The notes under the pieces are model-generated. The model was not told the origin of the DNA and made no database searches. It saw nothing but the letters and a program-made list of their open reading frames with translations. From a virus, in IMG/VR virus record IMGVR_UViG_3300045988_059494, positions 7,219 through 71,218 of that record: DNA of 64,000 nt. The stretch is one strand, 5' to 3'. This document shows, in pieces, positions 41,362 through 49,926 of this stretch. Both the position numbers and the translations under genes were made by a program. The stretch's first letter is position 1. Each line of letters starts with the position of its first letter.

Positions 41362-41874
41362 TTACACAATTTTAATCTGGCAAGACTTCATTACTGCCAG
41401 AGCTGCTTCATGCGCTTCCTTGGTAGTACCGGCACACCAATCCTTATGGCACACAATTTCTCTATTGGGATAGAGTGCTCGAAGGATCAGCGCATTCGAT
41501 ACAACACAAATGTCAGTGCAAACACCGCAAATCTCAATCTGCGCAGTATCCTTTACCGGCATATTCTTCCACATAAAGGTACCAAAAGTATCCTTATCAA
41601 CCACATAAAGGTTCTTAATTGCAGAAGCCGCGTCTGTCAGCTCTGGAACAATATCCCAACCCTCGGTATTCTTCACACAATGCTGAACCGGCAGGTACTT
41701 GCCTTCAAGAGTATTGAGGTAATCATCATCGTGGGTGTCACGAGTAAAGACAACCATATCGTAGTCCTTAATATGATCGGCAATGTTCTTTGTCGCAGTC
41801 TGAGCAGCTTCAGAACCAAGTGCGCCGGTCACAAAATCGTTCTGCATATCAATTACAATAAGAATTTTCTTCAT
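41362..41874 (-). CDS. isochorismatase-family nicotinamidase (PncA-like)
   Basis: MKKILIVIDMQNDF start with catalytic Asp; Cys in ICGVCTDICV. Confidence 0.65.
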   Translation of the reverse strand: MKKILIVIDMQNDFVTGALGSEAAQTATKNIADHIKDYDMVVFTRDTHDDDYLNTLEGKYLPVQHCVKNTEGWDIVPELTDAASAIKNLYVVDKDTFGTFMWKNMPVKDTAQIEICGVCTDICVVSNALILRALYPNREIVCHKDWCAGTTKEAHEAALAVMKSCQIKIV

Positions 41875-41898
41875 AGGGAAAACTCCTTTCCTTATTCT

Positions 41899-41935
41899 TT
41901 ATGTATATATTATATCATAATTATTTATAAAAATA
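41899..41935 (-). promoter_or_regulatory. conserved extended -10 promoter (coding strand TTATGATATAATATATACATAAAGAA)
   Basis: TGaTATAAT 37 nt upstream of ATG 41874, with SD AAGGAAAGGAG between. Confidence 0.55.
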
Positions 41936-41937
41936 AA

Positions 41938-41961
41938 AGAGAGCCTTTGAACAAGGCTCTC
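41938..41961. terminator. hairpin terminator
   Basis: AGAGCCTTtgaacAAGGCTCT. Confidence 0.5.
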
Positions 41962-41967
41962 ATATCT

Positions 41968-42357
41968 TTAATCCAGACCAATAGGTTTAATATCAAGCAC
42001 CCTATCCGGATACATACTCCAGTTTTTCCAATTCCTCTTGCTTGCCTGCATTTCTGCGAGCCGCTTATTAGCTTCTACCATATCAGCCATATAGAGTAGA
42101 TTGTCACTATTGATGTTATTTTTTTCAGTTAGTGCAGCAATAGTCTGTCTCTGGATTTCAAACGATGCTTCAAAGTTTTTATATTCCATGCTATAAGAAA
42201 TAGCAACAAGCAGAATAACTAAGGTCGTCGCGCCACAAAAAACTGCACCGAGCGCCGCAATCCAATCGTATTCATGGCCAAATACCTTGATAGAAACGAT
42301 AAGTAGCATTACAAACAGCATCGCTGCGATAAGTGCAACAATCATCCAATTAACCAT
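41968..42357 (-). CDS. membrane protein, hypothetical
   Basis: N-terminal TM helices; 129 aa. Confidence 0.3.
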   Translation of the reverse strand: MVNWMIVALIAAMLFVMLLIVSIKVFGHEYDWIAALGAVFCGATTLVILLVAISYSMEYKNFEASFEIQRQTIAALTEKNNINSDNLLYMADMVEANKRLAEMQASKRNWKNWSMYPDRVLDIKPIGLD

Positions 42358-42518
42358 TTATATTCTCCTTTATGCAAATAATGTAATATACGCAAATGCA
42401 ACCGCTAAATTGCCAAACAGAAACCCTGCTTGATATGCGGTTGCCGGATCTGCTTGGTCAGCACCAATGGCCCGACCAAGAATAATTACAGCAATCCATA
42501 GGATGAAAGAAATAATCT

Positions 42519-43784
42519 TCATACTTCCTGTGCTTCCTCCATATCCGGTGCATTTTCAGTCTCCTTAATGATGCCTTCAAGTACCTTAAACTCGTAGGTC
42601 TTAGACTTGAAAGCAGTGAAGGAACGACGATTTACAATACGAATTACAACGCCTTCCTTGACATGAGTTTTGCCAATTGGGTCTGCAAGATCCTCGAAGT
42701 AATCATTGATGCGCTTCAACAGATCATCTACGGTAGTAAACTCAAAGTTGTCAATCACTGGTACTCGATTAAAGCCATGCTCATCACACCATGCAGTAAT
42801 CTCGTCAGGAGTCCACTCACGCTCGCCGTTCTCAGAAGTGATGCGGTAAATCCACATATGAGACTCACCCGGCTCGCATCCATAAGAGAAAATAGAACGC
42901 TTGCCGAACTGTTTCTGGAAAGCCTTGTCTTTCAGCTTCGAGTTATCGCCAATCGGCATGATAGTATCTCCATCGCCGAGACCATAGTAACCTACAACCT
43001 CGTAAAAGACTTCCATACCCGGCTCAAGGAACGGCTTCAGCGCCTCGTGATGCGGCAGTCGGAACTTATTATCACCGTAGTAGCCACCATCATCCTCAGA
43101 GACTACACAACGACGAGTACCAAGTACATAAGCCTGCTTAGTACGCTTCTTCATATGAAACAGGCGACGGAAGAAACCATTCGGCAGCTCCGCAACAGTA
43201 TTCATAGAACGCTGAGAAGTACCATGCATTTTAAGAGTCATGTTTAGCTGATCGCCCGGACGGAACGCATCAAGATTGTAAGCAAGCTGTGCAGTATCAA
43301 TGTGCATTGCAAAATCCGGATATACAACGCCCTCTGCCTTACGACCCTTATAAGAGGTCTTAGCCACAGTCTGCGGATACTTGCGCTTCGGGATATACTT
43401 GCGGCAGAACTCTTTATCATTGACGGTATTTACCTTATCACCATCCTCCCAGTGCTGATCGCCAAATACTTCATAGACATGGTCAAGAGAAATGACAATA
43501 CCAGAACTCTGGTTGCCACGGAGCTTAATTGCCCGGATGTGAGAGCTATTTTCCAAATATCCGCCTTGAGGAGTGCCATCGAGATTTTTTCGATATAAGG
43601 TGAAAGCATCGCCGAACCATCTCTCAATCTCTCCGTCTGTAGGAAGATAAAGCACTAACTCATTTTCTTTCATGTTGGACCCAACAATAACTCCTTCATT
43701 AAAACAATCTGCAAGCCACAGATTATCAGAATTGGGATCTTTATGCAGATTATTCAATTTTGTCACTAAAGCATAGTAAGCCAT
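42519..43784 (-). CDS. ATP-dependent RNA ligase (Rnl2-like nucleotidyltransferase with N-terminal extension)
   Basis: Motif I KMHGTS (KxHGxN), motif IV EGVVIR, motif V FKSK; 421 aa. Confidence 0.7.
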   Translation of the reverse strand: MAYYALVTKLNNLHKDPNSDNLWLADCFNEGVIVGSNMKENELVLYLPTDGEIERWFGDAFTLYRKNLDGTPQGGYLENSSHIRAIKLRGNQSSGIVISLDHVYEVFGDQHWEDGDKVNTVNDKEFCRKYIPKRKYPQTVAKTSYKGRKAEGVVYPDFAMHIDTAQLAYNLDAFRPGDQLNMTLKMHGTSQRSMNTVAELPNGFFRRLFHMKKRTKQAYVLGTRRCVVSEDDGGYYGDNKFRLPHHEALKPFLEPGMEVFYEVVGYYGLGDGDTIMPIGDNSKLKDKAFQKQFGKRSIFSYGCEPGESHMWIYRITSENGEREWTPDEITAWCDEHGFNRVPVIDNFEFTTVDDLLKRINDYFEDLADPIGKTHVKEGVVIRIVNRRSFTAFKSKTYEFKVLEGIIKETENAPDMEEAQEV

Positions 43785-44499
43785 TTAACTCATGTTCCTC
43801 CTCTTTACTAATTCGTTTATATATAAAACCTTTATATGTGTTTCTCTGCCCATTTAATACTCGATAAATTGCTTTATCAGTTTTTGCATCTGGACAAAAT
43901 TCTCTATATGCTGAAATTGCAGTAGGAAAAATAGCTAATAATTGACCATCTTTATCATACTTCGCAATCGGCTATCTTCTTGCTTCCAACGCCTTTTTCT
44001 TTGCATCTTCTCGATGACCATCTTGATAGGCTTGTTTTAATTTTTCACTTCGCTCTTTTTTTAAGGAAGGATTGTCGATAAACTTCTATTTTAGAGAGTT
44101 GCTAATCTTTTCGTTTCTTTTGTTACTATAAGTTCGATTTTTAGCAGCTAGAGTCATATGCTGTCGATACTCTGGATCTTCCCATAGCGACTTAACAGAC
44201 TCGCCTATCTGTTTTCTAACTTCTTCCGTTTGATAGTTTCCGCCTGGAGAGACATTGTAACCAAAACTTGTATCTAAAAGATTTAATTCTTTGATTGTGT
44301 CTATTTCTTTTTGTCGAATTAAATCTTCATTATCGGATTCTAATATCACTTCTTTAGTTACATTTTCCCAGCCATATTTTTCAATAGCGTAGCCGACACG
44401 CTATCCTTTATATCTCCCCGATGCTCGCTGTTCAATGGAATTTCTAGTAATTCCGCAGTATTTCTTCCCATTTGGGAAAGTGTATAAATAACAAATCAT
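43750..44499 (-). CDS. GIY-YIG homing endonuclease (I-TevI-like architecture) with 3 in-frame TAG codons
   Basis: AGGAGG SD; MICYLYTFPNGKKYCGITRNSIEQRASGRYKG-TAG-RVGYAIEKYGWENV (GIY-YIG), NUMOD-like repeats, C-terminal DNA-binding tail; track ORF 44086..44349 is the middle fragment. Confidence 0.65.
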
Positions 44500-44595
44500 C
44501 TAGATAACCTCCTAAATCTTTCTACTTATATTAAAAATTACTAGGAGGTTATTTAGAAGTTTTGTCCAAACTTTCTTCCTTATAATAAGCTCTTA

Positions 44596-44772
44596 TCTTA
44601 TTCATCTACATCCTTATAGGAAACAACTTCCACATTCTCAAGTTTGGTTGCAATAGATACCTTGCCGGTATAGATTACCACAACCTTGGTCTTACGATTT
44701 ATGCCAATGATCTTGCCGGTGTAACCACCAGCCACATTAACAATAGTACCCTTGCATACATAAGGCATCATA
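44596..44772 (-). CDS. small hypothetical protein (58 aa)
   Basis: Strong SD AGGAGGTTATAATATG; MMPYVCKGTIVNVAGGYTGKIIGINRKTKVVVIYTGKV. Confidence 0.35.
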
Positions 44773-44792
44773 TTATAACCTCCTCTTGTTAA

Positions 44793-45186
44793 TTAAAGCG
44801 TAATGTCAATTCCTTTATCGTGCAAGATGCGGATACACTCTTGCAGATAGTTGTCATCATGTTCAGGATAAATCATATTACCCTGCTTTGCGGCTTCATA
44901 AATCTCCTTATATCGGAAATCAGAAATCCATGTATCTTCACCCAGTGTAGCACCTCGCCAGTTAGGATCCTTCCAAATCTTATCTGGGTGATAACCACGC
45001 GCTTCCATCTCGTCCATAATGAGATAGTGATAAGCTACTAAAAGCGCGGGATCGTGAGTAAACGCATAATCTACAGTAGCGTGTTTCTTACCCCAACCCT
45101 TTCCCCGAAGCGCTGCACATTCTCGATGCTGACCAAGAAGGCGCTGTCGATCGAGATGTGGAATTAACTTTTGATGCCAGATACGC
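44793..45186 (-). CDS. pyrimidine-dimer DNA glycosylase (T4 DenV / endonuclease V family)
   Basis: MRIWHQKLIPHLDRQRLLGQHRECAALRG resembles the DenV N-terminus; likely start at the internal M of track ORF 44793..45311. Confidence 0.55.
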
Positions 45187-45192
45187 ATTATA

Positions 45193-45588
45193 TCACTCCT
45201 TAATAACTTCTTGCCAATGGTGATAGAGATAGGCACTTCCGCACAAAGGTTCAATTCCCTCTCGTTCAACAATACGATCGCCATCTCCAGTCTTAAGAAT
45301 GAAACAACCACTTTTAATCATAGAAAGTAGATCGCCCTGATAGAAATGGCAACCAATATATCGCATATCTCTCGCAGGAACAACCTTTACTTTATAGCCA
45401 CCTTCAAGCGTGTAAAGATCACCATAAGAATAGTCATCTTCCAACTTACACTCTACCCAATCATCAGAATAGCTAGAGAAAAATAATCCCGCGGGTTTGT
45501 CCAAATGCCCAAAGAATCTAAAGTTCTCAATACCTCCGCAATCGTTGACTAAATCTTTCAGCTTGAAATAATCCTGCAAATTTTTCAT
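45193..45588 (-). CDS. hypothetical protein (131 aa)
   Basis: ORF track. Confidence 0.3.
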   Translation of the reverse strand: MKNLQDYFKLKDLVNDCGGIENFRFFGHLDKPAGLFFSSYSDDWVECKLEDDYSYGDLYTLEGGYKVKVVPARDMRYIGCHFYQGDLLSMIKSGCFILKTGDGDRIVEREGIEPLCGSAYLYHHWQEVIKE

Positions 45589-45756
45589 TACTTTTCCTCC
45601 TCTTTACAAGAACATTTCCGACAAGAGAAAAATAATATCTTTCTATCTTTCTTGTGGCAGTAATACTCATAATCAGGATGGTCGAACATATCATTACGCC
45701 CGTCTCCTAAATCTCTAACCTCAAGATATTTACAGCCTTGCATTTATCTTTCCCTC

Positions 45757-45795
45757 ACTTTCTATATATATTATATAATAAATATATAATATTTT
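45757..45795. promoter_or_regulatory. conserved AT-rich promoter block (possibly serving the plus-strand islet)
   Basis: ttctatatatattatataataaatatataatatttt. Confidence 0.35.
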
Positions 45796-45889
45796 CAAAT
45801 TACTCTTATTGTTTGGTCAAAAGCTGATATACTTCTATTATCATTTTTTAGATAACAATAGAGAAAATAATGAAAGGGGCAGATTGTCT

Positions 45890-46153
45890 ATGTATTCTCA
45901 GATGATGAGTGGAGAAAAAGTAACTCCCTATTTAGTGCGTTTAGTAGCTGATACTGAAGACGAGATTGCCACCCTTCCTACCCACTATGCCCCTGGCAGT
46001 ACCTGCGAGGTTATTGCAACCTCTAGTGTTTATAGATTGAATAACCAGGGTCAATGGATTAAACAAAAGTCAAGTAGTGGCGGAGGCGGTGGGACAGTTG
46101 TCGTTGATGGCAGCTTAGCCGATATTTCTGACATTGATAATTTATTTGGTTAA
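45890..46153 (+). CDS. hypothetical protein with Gly5 linker (plus-strand islet gene 1)
   Basis: SD AAAGGGG; MYSQMMSGEKVTPYLVRL... Confidence 0.4.
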   Translation: MYSQMMSGEKVTPYLVRLVADTEDEIATLPTHYAPGSTCEVIATSSVYRLNNQGQWIKQKSSSGGGGGTVVVDGSLADISDIDNLFG

Positions 46154-46164
46154 GGAGTGAAAAA

Positions 46165-46422
46165 ATGAGCGTTGCATTAGAAAAGCTAATTGACCTTAAC
46201 CTGTTATCACACTATGACACCAAACTGAAAAGCTGGGTTAAGGAATAGATTGATAACGCTACAAGCGCAGAAATCACTACAAGAGCAGAACTTCCCGAGG
46301 TCGGTGAAGAAGGAAAGATCTATTTTGTAGAAGATGCTATTTTGATTTACACTTCCGAAGGTCGCTATCAAGAGATCGGTGGAACTGGAAGTCCGCAAAC
46401 AATTACTTGGAAAGATTTTTAA
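46165..46422 (+). CDS. tail-fibre N-terminal-motif minigene with in-frame TAG at codon 27 (plus-strand islet gene 2)
   Basis: SD GGAGTGA; MSVALEKLIDLNLLSHYDTKLKSWVKE-TAG-IDNATSAEITTRAELPEVGEEGKIYFVEDAILIY; shares a motif with 55749, 56266 and 57509 proteins. Confidence 0.45.
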
Positions 46423-46426
46423 TTAA

Positions 46427-46462
46427 AAGGGTCGAAGTTAAATACTTCGACCCTTATTTTTT
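46427..46462 (+). terminator. hairpin terminator with T-run
   Basis: AAGGGTCGAAGTtaaatACTTCGACCCTT TATTTTTTT. Confidence 0.6.
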
Positions 46463-46671
46463 TATTCAACAAATTGGAAAAACTCGGTATGACTGCCTAC
46501 ATCATATCTTGTGCCGTCCGCAGTCTCCCACCCACGCATATAATAAATCTTATAATTGGGGTTCATATCCTTGACAGCTTTAGTAATACATTTATACACC
46601 TCTTGTTTAGAAATATTCTCAGCAATAGTAATGCGCTCGCCATTGCTTCTATCGAAATATAATGTACCCAT
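46462..46671 (-). CDS. hypothetical protein (69 aa)
   Basis: ORF track. Confidence 0.3.
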   Translation of the reverse strand: MGTLYFDRSNGERITIAENISKQEVYKCITKAVKDMNPNYKIYYMRGWETADGTRYDVGSHTEFFQFVE

Positions 46672-46673
46672 AC

Positions 46674-47465
46674 TTAAAGCTCCTTCTGGATTGCGGCTTT
46701 CACGATATTATACTGCACATCATCAAGCAGTTCATCGACCTCAGGATCGCAAGACTTACCTACTTTCTCACAAAATGCGTCCGCAGTTACAAGAACATCT
46801 TCCATCGCACTGTTGGCAGAAATGCGCGCTTGCTCAAGATTAAAATATCCCTGCTTAACTGCGACAAGAAATTCTGGATTGCGGGGATGCAGACAATCTT
46901 CGTAAGACTCGCCCTCAGTGTAACGATGGATATACTCCTGTACTCTCAGTAGATGGTGCAGCTGTTTTGGATCGTAGCCATATTTAGCGAGAACTGCGAC
47001 TTTACTAGGGTACTCATGTTCCATCGCATGGTACTTCTCCATAGCAATACCCTTCATGGTTTTTACCGCACTATAAGGGGAATAATGCGCGATTTTCTCG
47101 CGCTCCGCAGTCAGTCTATTCCACTCATCTGCGAAAAGCGGATTTACCCACAGATAAGGAGTGAACAGGATCTCGATGAAATTGAGATTTTGCTTGCGGA
47201 AAGTAGAGAACATCAGGCGAATATCTTTAAGGTCAGTATGCTCATCGTTGGCACGAACATGAGTGGTACTAATAGGTTTCTTATTGAAAACAATCTCCTT
47301 AAAGGTAGGAGTGAGGATCAGTTTGGTATCCACATCGCTGGTCGGGATCTGCAAGCCATAATTTTGAGAACCTTGGAGGAAGATACCTACGATACGAGAG
47401 TTATCAAATCTCTCTTTTGCTTCCTCCAGATGGTCATGAACACGCTGCATAATTTTATTTTCCAT
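46674..47465 (-). CDS. Pol-beta-superfamily nucleotidyltransferase (GS-x9-SDVD motif)
   Basis: GIFLQGSQNYGLQIPTSDVDTKL matches the minimal NTase / OAS / CD-NTase-type active site; probable start MENKIMQ with GGAGG SD. Confidence 0.5.
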   Translation of the reverse strand: MENKIMQRVHDHLEEAKERFDNSRIVGIFLQGSQNYGLQIPTSDVDTKLILTPTFKEIVFNKKPISTTHVRANDEHTDLKDIRLMFSTFRKQNLNFIEILFTPYLWVNPLFADEWNRLTAEREKIAHYSPYSAVKTMKGIAMEKYHAMEHEYPSKVAVLAKYGYDPKQLHHLLRVQEYIHRYTEGESYEDCLHPRNPEFLVAVKQGYFNLEQARISANSAMEDVLVTADAFCEKVGKSCDPEVDELLDDVQYNIVKAAIQKEL

Positions 47466-47793
47466 TATCAATAGCCTCCATTTCTTTAACATATCTCTCG
47501 GGAATAGGATGCGCGGTAATGAGCGTATCCTTACCTCTCCAGATGTAGATGTTGCCTCGATATATTCTGATAGAGCAAGTGTTTGTTTGATTTCTTTTGT
47601 TCTGCAAGTAAGAGAAAAATCGCGGAAACTTCTGGAATTGATTAATCGTTGCACCGGAGCGTTTAGCTTGCTTAGCTAGCTTTTTAGCTTCTGCAAAACT
47701 AGTGCAACCGTCGGTTCGCTGAACAATACGCTCTTTGCTATGTCTTGTAATTCGTCCCATTACTTTACACCTCTTCCTCTCTTTTTGTAGCAT
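47455..47793 (-). CDS. hypothetical protein (112 aa)
   Basis: ORF track. Confidence 0.3.
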   Translation of the reverse strand: MLQKERKRCKVMGRITRHSKERIVQRTDGCTSFAEAKKLAKQAKRSGATINQFQKFPRFFSYLQNKRNQTNTCSIRIYRGNIYIWRGKDTLITAHPIPERYVKEMEAIDNGK

Positions 47794-48010
47794 CTAAATA
47801 AATTCGAATGGTATCCGCCTTACTCTCAAGAGTATTTGCTTCCTCAATGAGATGCTGTGCTTGCCAGTATAGCGCAGTAGCGAATTTATCTAGCTCCTCT
47901 CTTGACTTATCGAAAAGACCCGGATACTCTGCTTCGAGGTCTTCCAAATCCTCCTCTTGATACCATTTTAGACCAAGTTCTGAAAACTTACCCATTAAAT
48001 CTTCCTCCAA
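47765..48010 (-). CDS. hypothetical acidic protein (81 aa)
   Basis: ORF track. Confidence 0.3.
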   Translation of the reverse strand: MEEDLMGKFSELGLKWYQEEDLEDLEAEYPGLFDKSREELDKFATALYWQAQHLIEEANTLESKADTIRIYLDATKREEEV

Positions 48011-48177
48011 GTAAAATGATTGTAATAAACTATTTCATTACAAGTAGGACAAACTGTCAAAAGTCGGCCAGTGCCAACCCCACGGGTAACTTCATTAAAC
48101 CTACAATGAAAAACGCACTTGCACTTTTCGCATTTAACCCGATAACCAATATATCTATGCTTCCTAATAATAACCAT
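47995..48177 (-). CDS. zinc-ribbon protein (60 aa)
   Basis: CEKCKC...CPTCNE. Confidence 0.3.
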   Translation of the reverse strand: MVIIRKHRYIGYRVKCEKCKCVFHCRFNEVTRGVGTGRLLTVCPTCNEIVYYNHFTWRKI

Positions 48178-48503
48178 TATCTAATCTCCCTCCATCCATT
48201 TTTCTCAATGACCACTCTCATATTCTGAACGCCGACAGGATTCATACTATGTATATGAAAGCTATATCCAGTATCTACAATACCTTTAGCTTCTAGCCAA
48301 TCGAGTAACTTGATATAGTCCCCGCCTTTAGATACATAGTCACCAGCATCATGATCAAGGTCAATCAAGATATTGTCATCTGTCATGTTATGTTCATAGT
48401 GCCAAATTGCAGTTTTAGCTGCTTCTACGCTTTTAGCCCAGATATATCCAACTGGAGCTGGTCTTGTATCATCAATCCATAACTTCATGCAATAAGTCTC
48501 CAT
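48177..48503 (-). CDS. hypothetical protein (108 aa)
   Basis: ORF track. Confidence 0.3.
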   Translation of the reverse strand: METYCMKLWIDDTRPAPVGYIWAKSVEAAKTAIWHYEHNMTDDNILIDLDHDAGDYVSKGGDYIKLLDWLEAKGIVDTGYSFHIHSMNPVGVQNMRVVIEKNGWREIR

Positions 48504-49288
48504 CTACAGCTAAAATAGGATTTGCCATTTAAGCAAGCTCGCTTAATTTTCTTAGCGATATTATTCCCATTGATGGTATCCTGCTGCTTTACATCAACCT
48601 TTGTAGTAATAAGCCATTCGGCAGCTGCCTGCAAGTTATCAAAATGGTTGATTACTGCTTTCTTCTTGTTTATAATACAAACAGTTCCGACAGGAAATTC
48701 TACTTCGTTCAACTTAACAGAAGGAGCTACTTCCTCTTTCTTTTTAACACCCATTTTCTCTCGCAGCTTCTCAATAGAGATAGAATCAGTAATCTTAACG
48801 ACCTTAGCCAGCATCATCGCATCATCAAGAGAGTTATGAGTCTGAATTGCTGCATCGTCAATCAAGAGCTTATAGGCTCTAATCAAAGCGCAATCCTTAA
48901 TTTTAGTTCTCTTACTGAACCATTTAGCCGCATTTCTCATATCGCCGCATACGTAGCCCATCATAGTGCGTGCTTTCATAGAAATCGCATTATGGAATGT
49001 ATGGCGCAGATATTCAATATCAGCATTACCCCAAGCATAGAACTCTGGCATATCATCAACACCATCAAAAGTCCAGTCATAGAATTCTTCAAAAGCCTTG
49101 TCTGCGGATGGTGCGCTTTTCAGCATATCTACCGTGAGACCTGTCAGCTTAGTGATAAATTCAGTGACTTTATTAAAATTACTGGGAGCCACAAGCGAGT
49201 AAAAAGTCTTGCCATCTTCCCGCACGCAGCCAATCGAAATAATCTCTCCCGCGAACTGAGTAGCTTCAAAGTCAACAAAATACTTCAT
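48485..49288 (-). CDS. DnaQ-like DEDDh 3'-5' exonuclease (probable proofreading subunit)
   Basis: Exo I motif FVDFEATQFAGEIISIG; HNSLDDA-like Exo III; 267 aa. Confidence 0.7.
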   Translation of the reverse strand: MKYFVDFEATQFAGEIISIGCVREDGKTFYSLVAPSNFNKVTEFITKLTGLTVDMLKSAPSADKAFEEFYDWTFDGVDDMPEFYAWGNADIEYLRHTFHNAISMKARTMMGYVCGDMRNAAKWFSKRTKIKDCALIRAYKLLIDDAAIQTHNSLDDAMMLAKVVKITDSISIEKLREKMGVKKKEEVAPSVKLNEVEFPVGTVCIINKKKAVINHFDNLQAAAEWLITTKVDVKQQDTINGNNIAKKIKRACLNGKSYFSCRWRLIA

Positions 49289-49326
49289 AAATTCATTTAC
49301 CCTCTTTCTTTACTTTCTATATATAT

Positions 49327-49350
49327 TATATGATATTTTTATAATAAAAT
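49327..49350 (-). promoter_or_regulatory. conserved promoter block
   Basis: Coding strand TATCATATAATATATATAGAAAG. Confidence 0.4.
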
Positions 49351-49351
49351 A

Positions 49352-49380
49352 AAGGAGAGCTATTAATCTAGCTCTCCTTT
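49352..49380. terminator. hairpin terminator
   Basis: AAAGGAGAGCTAttaatcTAGCTCTCCTTT. Confidence 0.6.
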
Positions 49381-49384
49381 ACCA

Positions 49385-49486
49385 TTATTCTTGCTTACAT
49401 GGCTCTCTGAAGTAGCCACAGCCGCACTACTTTACCCACGGAGCATTTGCGTGTCCGCACTTTGGACAGATCCAACCTGTCTACAT
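49385..49486 (-). CDS. zinc-ribbon minigene with TAG at codons 2 and 20
   Basis: SD GAGGTGA; M-TAG-TGWICPKCGHANAPWVK-TAG-CGCGYFREPCKQE-TAA. Paralog of 49756..49911, where the aligned codons are CAA and CAG. Confidence 0.5.
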
Positions 49487-49488
49487 GA

Positions 49489-49752
49489 TTACTCACCTCG
49501 CATTTTATCATAATATGCGCCCCAGTCTACGGGACCATTATCAGAGGTGTCGCGGAAAATGTTGCTCCAAAACTCTTCATAAGTGGCATCAGAGATATTC
49601 GGATTGACAGCTTCAATAAGAGCAACACCATACTCACCTACAATGAGGTCAATAAAATTCTCTCCGCAATCAAGAATATTGCTGAGTTCAACTGCTTTCT
49701 TGTTATAAAGCGCGAGATTATGTGCGTGCTTAATAAAGTTTTCTTTATTCAT
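49489..49752 (-). CDS. hypothetical protein (87 aa)
   Basis: ORF track. Confidence 0.3.
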   Translation of the reverse strand: MNKENFIKHAHNLALYNKKAVELSNILDCGENFIDLIVGEYGVALIEAVNPNISDATYEEFWSNIFRDTSDNGPVDWGAYYDKMRGE

Positions 49753-49755
49753 GTG

Positions 49756-49911
49756 TCACTTCTCCTTATCTTGTATTGGTGAAGTATTGATAGCCATATC
49801 ATAGATATTACTACAAGTGACTTGATTGTCCTAAAAGTCAAAACAAGAGCACTGCGGCACCCAAGGTGCGTTTACTCTCTTACACCGAGGACAAAGCCAA
49901 CCTTCTTGCAT
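49756..49911 (-). CDS. zinc-ribbon minigene (standard-code paralog); ends at TAG (codon 27) or, if TAG is read through, at TGA ~49756
   Basis: SD GGAGG; MQEGWLCPRCKRVNAPWVPQCSCFDF-TAG-... Confidence 0.45.
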
Positions 49912-49926
49912 TATGATTTTACCTCC

